Source: a virus (taxonomy: Duplodnaviria; Heunggongvirae; Uroviricota; Caudoviricetes). From it: 8,403 nucleotides of DNA. Below the pieces are notes generated by a model. It had not been told where the DNA came from. It saw only the letters and a program-made list of their open reading frames with translations, and searched no databases. The stretch lies in IMG/VR virus record IMGVR_UViG_2802429224_000013; one strand, given 5' to 3'. Shown here piece after piece: positions 4,836 through 8,403 of this stretch (positions within the stretch are counted from its first letter, which is position 1; every line of letters starts with the position of its first letter). Position numbers and translations under genes: made by a program.

Positions 4836-5366
4836 ATGACTAAGCTGACCATTAACAGAAAACCAAAAGGCATTTACGGCACGCCGCAGAAAACGACGCA
4901 GGCGGCGCAAGAGCAGGATAAAACCACGTCGGCGCATAAAGTGATGCCCGGTAACCAGAAAGCGCAGCAGAAGCCCACAGGGGCGACACCGTGGCGGCAT
5001 ATGACCAAACGCCAGCGCAAAAACCGCAGGCGCGTTAACCGCCTCACTGAGTTGTGGCCTGACTTATTCAGCCGGGAAGCACCGAAGCCGCTTAAGGTGG
5101 GGATATTCGACGACCTGATGCAGGATCTCGCCGTCAGGGGGCTGGCATTCGGGCCAGGGGCATTGCGTGCGACGCTGGCATCTTATGCGCAGTGTCCGCG
5201 CTATTACCGCGCCTTAATGGCTGGTGGGGTACGCTACGACCTGAAAGGCCAGCCGTGCGGCGAGGTGACACCACAGGAACAACAGGACGCAGAAACGCGG
5301 CTGGTGGCGCTGAATGAGAAGCGCAAACGTCAGCGCCGGGCAGCAAAGGAGAAAACAGGCGCATGA
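4836..5366 (+). CDS. ProQ/FinO-domain RNA-binding protein (RNA chaperone family)
   Basis: Track ORF 4800..5366. The start is uncertain: GTG 4800, ATG 4824 or ATG 4836, with 4836 having GGGG 6 nt upstream. The N-terminus is basic and Gln-rich. The segment LTELWPDLFS..PKPLKVGIFDDLMQD...GALRATLASYAQCPRYYRALMAGGVRYDLKGQPCGEVT matches the ProQ/FinO domain signature as I remember it. Confidence 0.78.
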   Translation: MTKLTINRKPKGIYGTPQKTTQAAQEQDKTTSAHKVMPGNQKAQQKPTGATPWRHMTKRQRKNRRRVNRLTELWPDLFSREAPKPLKVGIFDDLMQDLAVRGLAFGPGALRATLASYAQCPRYYRALMAGGVRYDLKGQPCGEVTPQEQQDAETRLVALNEKRKRQRRAAKEKTGA

Positions 5367-5650
5367 TTCACGACAGCAAAGCGGAAGCACTGGAAGCGCG
5401 TGGTCTGTACCGGAGAGCGGCGGCGCGGTGGGCTGAGGTCATCATGCTGGCGAATGATGACAAGGCACGGGAACAGGCGGCAAAACGTCGCGCGGAATGT
5501 ATCCGCAAGGCAGCACGCCCACCAGCAAGGCAGGATAATTTCGGAGAGATGCGCGAAACCATCAGCCGGGCACATGCCGGGATGGGATTACATCAGCCCA
5601 ATGGTAAGGCATTCAGGAAATACCCTGGATCGAAAAATTGCAGTCAGTGA
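5363..5650 (+). CDS. PerC-family transcriptional regulator-like protein (95 aa)
   Basis: Track ORF. The ATGA overlap with the upstream stop (5363-5366) indicates coupling. The segment KAEALEARGLYRRAAARWAEV...RRAECIRKA...QPNGKAFR matches the PerC/Pch family motif (A..LE..G.YRRAA.RW) as I remember it. Confidence 0.7.
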   Translation: MIHDSKAEALEARGLYRRAAARWAEVIMLANDDKAREQAAKRRAECIRKAARPPARQDNFGEMRETISRAHAGMGLHQPNGKAFRKYPGSKNCSQ

Positions 5651-5655
5651 CGGAG

Positions 5656-5679
5656 GCCGGGATTTTTCCCGGCTTTTTT
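5656..5679 (+). terminator. Rho-independent terminator ending the first rightward operon
   Basis: Seen in sequence: GCCGGGA (5656-5662), TTTT loop, TCCCGGC (5667-5673), then TTTTTT (5674-5679). It starts 6 nt after the PerC-like stop. Confidence 0.78.
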
Positions 5680-5685
5680 GTGCCA

Positions 5686-5726
5686 GTAAAAAACCCGCAG
5701 CCAGAAGTGTTGCGGGCTTTGTTTTT
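5686..5726. terminator. Second, bidirectional-looking terminator hairpin
   Basis: Seen in sequence: CCCGCA (5694-5699) pairs with TGCGGG (5711-5716), extendable by a G.U and a C-G pair. An A-run precedes it (5686-5693) and CTTTGTTTTT follows (5717-5726). Confidence 0.55.
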
Positions 5727-5786
5727 CAGGTGATTGAAGTCAATGGGAAGAACGCGATCATCATGCGTTATTGTTTCATAAATTGC

Positions 5787-5802
5787 AACGATGTAGATCG
5801 TT
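5787..5802. promoter_or_regulatory. Palindrome AACGAT-gtag-ATCGTT upstream of the second operon (candidate operator/activator site)
   Basis: Seen in sequence: perfect 6-bp inverted arms with a 4-bp spacer, ~50 bp upstream of the ATG at 5852 and between the terminators and the next operon. I could not find a convincing sigma70 -35/-10 pair nearby. A regulatory function is inferred. Confidence 0.3.
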
Positions 5803-5851
5803 ATTTTAGTTTGTGCAATCATAACCATTGTTTTGTTCAGGAGATATGACT

Positions 5852-6025
5852 ATGAGAAAAGCCAGCGTGAAACCCGTTTTACTCGCTCGTGATCAGATTG
5901 AAGCATTACAGCGCATCCAGGACGAGGAACGCCGCAATTCTCCGCTGGGGATTGCTCCGAGCATTCATGAGGTCGCCCGGCGTTTAATGCAGCGGGCGCT
6001 TTATCCCGTAGAACGTCCGGCCTGA
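5852..6025 (+). CDS. Small RHH-like (CopG/Arc/MetJ-type) protein, 57 aa
   Basis: Track ORF 5828..6025, with the start moved to the ATG at 5852 because AGGAG (5839-5843) lies 8 nt upstream. KPVLLARDQIEALQRIQ...SIHEVARRLMQRAL fits a strand-helix-helix pattern. The fold assignment is by eye only. Confidence 0.55.
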   Translation: MRKASVKPVLLARDQIEALQRIQDEERRNSPLGIAPSIHEVARRLMQRALYPVERPA

Positions 6026-6064
6026 TGGTCGTGATTTTTTGGTGAAAAAAGAGAGGTGGTAAAA

Positions 6065-6649
6065 ATGCCAGCAAGCAAAGAAGATTTGCGATTAAAACTG
6101 ATGGAGGTGGTTAACGCTCTGTCAGAGTCGCAGGGCAGCACTCCGCAGGAGATTATCGAAATTCTGAATGCGATCCCCGCACAGGATTTCACAAAAGCGG
6201 ACGAGGATGACGCGAATAAAAACATCGTCGCGTCAGTCGAAGATGAATCCTCACTGGCAGAAGCCCAGGCTAAAGCGGATTCCGCATACAGCAATATGGG
6301 CCGTCGCGCTCCAGCCCCGTTTGCTGGTGAAAAGTCGATGGATTACCGCAAGCGTGCATTAATTGGTGCACAGAAGCTGGCTAAAAAATTCAGTGATGTG
6401 GATATTCGTTCCGTTTCAGATTCTGCAACGCTGGCGGTGCTGGAAGATCAGATTTACCAGGCTGCAAAAGACAGTGTTCAGTGGGCTGTGGAAAATACGC
6501 CGGGCTATTTGCGTAAAACCGTAAGAATGGATGAAGCCGGACGGCGGATTACTGAATATCAGGGGGATCCGAATAACTGGCTTAGTGCTTTCAAAATCCC
6601 TCCCCGTCGCCTGGTTAAAATTAACGTTGCAAGCCTCGCGGGGGCATGA
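6065..6649 (+). CDS. Hypothetical protein (194 aa), acidic N-terminal half
   Basis: Track ORF 6056..6649. The ATG at 6065 is preferred because GAGAGG (6051-6056) lies 8 nt upstream. No family recognised. It is co-oriented with and close to the flanking genes. Confidence 0.72.
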   Translation: MPASKEDLRLKLMEVVNALSESQGSTPQEIIEILNAIPAQDFTKADEDDANKNIVASVEDESSLAEAQAKADSAYSNMGRRAPAPFAGEKSMDYRKRALIGAQKLAKKFSDVDIRSVSDSATLAVLEDQIYQAAKDSVQWAVENTPGYLRKTVRMDEAGRRITEYQGDPNNWLSAFKIPPRRLVKINVASLAGA

Positions 6650-6713
6650 AAAACGTGCTGATTTCAGCCCTGCCGGATTTGGTGGGGCTTATTGCTTATA
6701 ACCGGGGGACATT

Positions 6714-7385
6714 ATGCTTTTAACAGAAATTGAGGCGGCAAAGCAGATTCGGGACGGTCAGCTACCGTCGCCTTATCAGTTTTCCAACATGTGGCTGATT
6801 AACCTGCGTATCACAGGAACCGGAATGGCCTATCGCGCCGAAGAAAAAGAATTTGTCTGGCGTTCACCGCAAACTTATCTCAATCCGCAGTTCCTGGAAC
6901 GTTGCGCCGGAGTACCCGTCATCATCGACCATCCCGAAAGCAAAACCCTTGAAGACGTGGGCGAACGGTCGCGCATTATTGGCACCGTCATGTTGCCGTA
7001 TATTCGCGGTGACGAGGTGTGGGGCGTATGCCGGATTTACGGGCAGGAAATCATCGATTACATCCAGAAAGCCCGGGGGGAGATATCCACCAGCCCGTCG
7101 GTTGTGTTTTGTGGTGCGTCCGGTGGGGCAGAAGTTCCTGATGTAATGGGCGAGGACAATTTTTTTATTGAGGGTACGCCATTTCTTATCGATCACGTTG
7201 CACTCGTACCGTTGGGCGTATGGGATAAGGGCGGGAAACCATCAGGTGTGGAAGTAACAACGCCGACAGAAGAAGAACAGCTCGCCGGAATGGTTCGTGA
7301 AGTTATTGATGCGGCCTGCAAGCCAGCCCTGGAAAAACTGGAAGAAATATCCGGGCGGCTGGCTCAACTGGAAAAAGAAGGGTGA
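6714..7385 (+). CDS. DUF2213-like phage head-assembly (scaffold/protease-like) protein with C-terminal coiled-coil tail, 223 aa
   Basis: Track ORF, with a GGGGG SD before the ATG at 6714. GVPVIIDHPE...IIGTV...GEISTSPSV...FLIDHVALVPLG resembles the DUF2213 pattern (..EHP.., ELS.GY, NHLALV..GRAG) as I remember it. The tail EEEQLAGMVREVIDAACKPALEKLEEISGRLAQLEKEG looks helical or coiled-coil. The family call is uncertain. Confidence 0.7.
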   Translation: MLLTEIEAAKQIRDGQLPSPYQFSNMWLINLRITGTGMAYRAEEKEFVWRSPQTYLNPQFLERCAGVPVIIDHPESKTLEDVGERSRIIGTVMLPYIRGDEVWGVCRIYGQEIIDYIQKARGEISTSPSVVFCGASGGAEVPDVMGEDNFFIEGTPFLIDHVALVPLGVWDKGGKPSGVEVTTPTEEEQLAGMVREVIDAACKPALEKLEEISGRLAQLEKEG

Positions 7386-7391
7386 GTCATA

Positions 7392-7919
7392 ATGCTAATG
7401 AGCAAGGCAGAATATGCCAAACACAAAGGCGTAAGCCGCCAGACAGTTTACGACTGGATCGAGAAAGGCGAAGTGATCATGTCTGGCAAAAAAATTGATG
7501 TGGAGGCGACAGAGCAGCGGAACAGCCCACCGGAACAAGGGAAAGACACCGTTTCTGAAATGTGGCCAGAAAGAACGCTGGAAATGACGTGGGGCGAGTT
7601 CTGGAAAGCAGTTAAGGCCAGAGACGGTAAAGACCCAGCGCCAGTAACTGACGATGATATAGAGCAGCGCGTGCGGAATGCAGCCGAAGAATTAGGCTGG
7701 GAAGTGCAATTTCTTGATGGTGGTGCTATCTGCCTTGAGGATTGCGACGGACAGCATTACTTTGAGCAATACGATTTGCTGGGTAATGCTCGTCTGGCAA
7801 TTCGTATGCTGCGTTGCGAACTCTGCTATGTTGCAGGTGATTATCCCGATGAACTGGAATCATGGAGTGAAGCCGGGCTAAACGCCCTGGCTGAATGGGA
7901 AAAATCAGACCATCAATGA
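7392..7919 (+). CDS. N-terminal HTH DNA-binding protein (MerR/excisionase/Nu1-type HTH), candidate small-terminase-like or Rpp-like packaging factor, 175 aa
   Basis: Track ORF, with an alternative start at ATG 7398. MSKAEYAKHKGVSRQTVYDWIEKGEV matches the HTH_17/Nu1-like helix-turn-helix pattern. The C-terminal ~120 aa is unrecognised. A dense repeat array follows immediately. The packaging role is inferred from context. Confidence 0.7.
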   Translation: MLMSKAEYAKHKGVSRQTVYDWIEKGEVIMSGKKIDVEATEQRNSPPEQGKDTVSEMWPERTLEMTWGEFWKAVKARDGKDPAPVTDDDIEQRVRNAAEELGWEVQFLDGGAICLEDCDGQHYFEQYDLLGNARLAIRMLRCELCYVAGDYPDELESWSEAGLNALAEWEKSDHQ

Positions 7920-7925
7920 CATCAA

Positions 7926-8219
7926 AAAGTGTCAAGTTGAGCAGCTTGCCAGGTTGACACTTTGCACTCTGAACGCGAAAAAGTGTCAACCTCGCTGTAA
8001 ACCCCGCCGTTACTGGCTTTGCGCCAGATTTACCACGTCAAAAAGCCGAAAAAAATCGCGAAAAGTGTCAAGTTGCCATGCTTAGAAATGCTAAGGTTTG
8101 ATAAGGTTTGATAAGGTTTTTCGCGAAAAAGTGTCAAGTGTGTCAACCTGCGATGTTAAGATTTGTTAAGGTCTCAAGCCGGAAAGTGTCAACCAGCCCC
8201 TAAGATTTCCTAAGGTGTA
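7926..8219. repeat. Composite array of two interleaved short motifs: AAAGTGTCAA boxes and 10-bp phased TAAG(G/A)T units
   Basis: Seen in sequence: AAAGTGTCAA occurs at 7926-7935, 7980-7989, 8062-8071, 8128-8137 and 8183-8192. There is an inverted copy TTGACACTTT at 7954-7963 and a partial GTGTCAA at 8140-8146. The tandem 10-bp units are CTAAGGTTTG/ATAAGGTTTG/ATAAGGTTTT (8091-8120), GTTAAGATTT/GTTAAGGTCT (8155-8174) and CTAAGATTTC/CTAAGGTGTA (8200-8219). A palindrome CTTAG-aaatg-CTAAG lies at 8081-8095. Confidence 0.85.
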
Positions 8220-8223
8220 AATC

Positions 8224-8403
8224 ATGACCATCACCGAAGCCGATTTGCTGGAGATGATCCGCAGCATTGCCGGAATCAAACAACCTGCAAGCAAAATTAA
8301 CAGGTGTTCAGCGCCTGTTTCCGTTGTGCTGCAACAGGAACGCCACCAGCATGATGATGTGAGGCCGTATCAGTGGCGGAAACCGGATAGGCCACGACGG
8401 TGA
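8224..8403 (+). CDS. Small hypothetical protein (59 aa) with basic C-terminal tail
   Basis: Hand-translated and absent from the supplied track: MTITEADLLEMIRSIAGIKQPASKINRCSAPVSVVLQQERHQHDDVRPYQWRKPDRPRR. AAGGTG (8212-8217) lies 6 nt before the ATG, and the TGA falls at the window end. The SD is formed by the last TAAGGT repeat unit. Confidence 0.5.
   Translation: MTITEADLLEMIRSIAGIKQPASKINRCSAPVSVVLQQERHQHDDVRPYQWRKPDRPRR

Noticed and set aside
4258-5849. Track ORFs 4258..4467 -, 4785..5000 -, 5134..5364 -, 5330..5575 -, 5368..5562 - and 5400..5849 +
   Set aside because: They are off-frame or antisense to the 257-aa, ProQ/FinO and PerC-like genes. ORF 5400..5849 additionally reads straight through both terminator hairpins. 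Their Arg/Pro/Ala-rich composition is typical of shadow ORFs in GC-rich coding sequence.
6001-7989. Track ORFs 6001..6294 -, 6168..6362 +, 6853..7146 +, 6864..7196 - and 7726..7989 -
   Set aside because: They are shadows of the 194-aa, DUF2213-like and HTH genes. None has an SD or a recognisable motif.
7920-8223. CRISPR array
   Set aside because: The repeats are only ~10 bp, occur in two interleaved families and in both orientations, and have irregular spacing. There are no 25-40-bp repeats with uniform spacers and no cas genes.
7920-8223. Known cohesive-end sequences (lambda-type cosN GGGCGGCGACCT; P2/P4-type GGCGAGGCGGGGAAAGCAC)
   Set aside because: I looked by eye here and across the window and found neither. 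The packaging-site idea therefore rests only on repeat architecture and gene context, and an alignment search is needed.

Overview
The window reads as the core of an enterobacterial phage-satellite-like island with PICI/P4-like organisation. It is not a complete prophage, and calls rest on reading the sequence and on remembered family motifs, with no database search run. Left to right: (1) A short leftward unit encodes an Arc/Mnt-type ribbon-helix-helix repressor (489-662) and a 50-aa single-pass membrane protein (315-467), closed by a terminator (33-63). (2) A divergent control region carries two exact copies of the palindrome GGTAATTACC, plus an orphan minus-strand terminator hairpin inside the rightward 5' UTR. 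(3) A rightward operon of small, overlapping genes (Icd-like, three unknowns, DUF4222-like) ends in a 470-aa RecA-fold replication ATPase (2215-3627). (4) An iteron/AT-rich origin lies directly 3' of that gene (3626-4013). (5) Next come an orphan 257-aa gene, a ProQ/FinO-domain RNA chaperone, a PerC-family regulator and tandem terminators. (6) A second rightward operon (5852-7919) encodes a small RHH-like protein, a 194-aa unknown, a DUF2213-like protein with a coiled-coil tail, and an N-terminal-HTH (TerS/Rpp/excisionase-like) protein. (7) A ~300-bp composite repeat array (7926-8219) and a 59-aa ORF missing from the supplied track (8224-8403) close the window. I saw no integrase, tRNA/att site, capsid, tail or lysis gene, IS element or CRISPR array. 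The most interesting leads are the modular two-motif repeat array, a possible FinP/FinO-like antisense RNA circuit at the immunity switch, and the putative helper-hijack operon.
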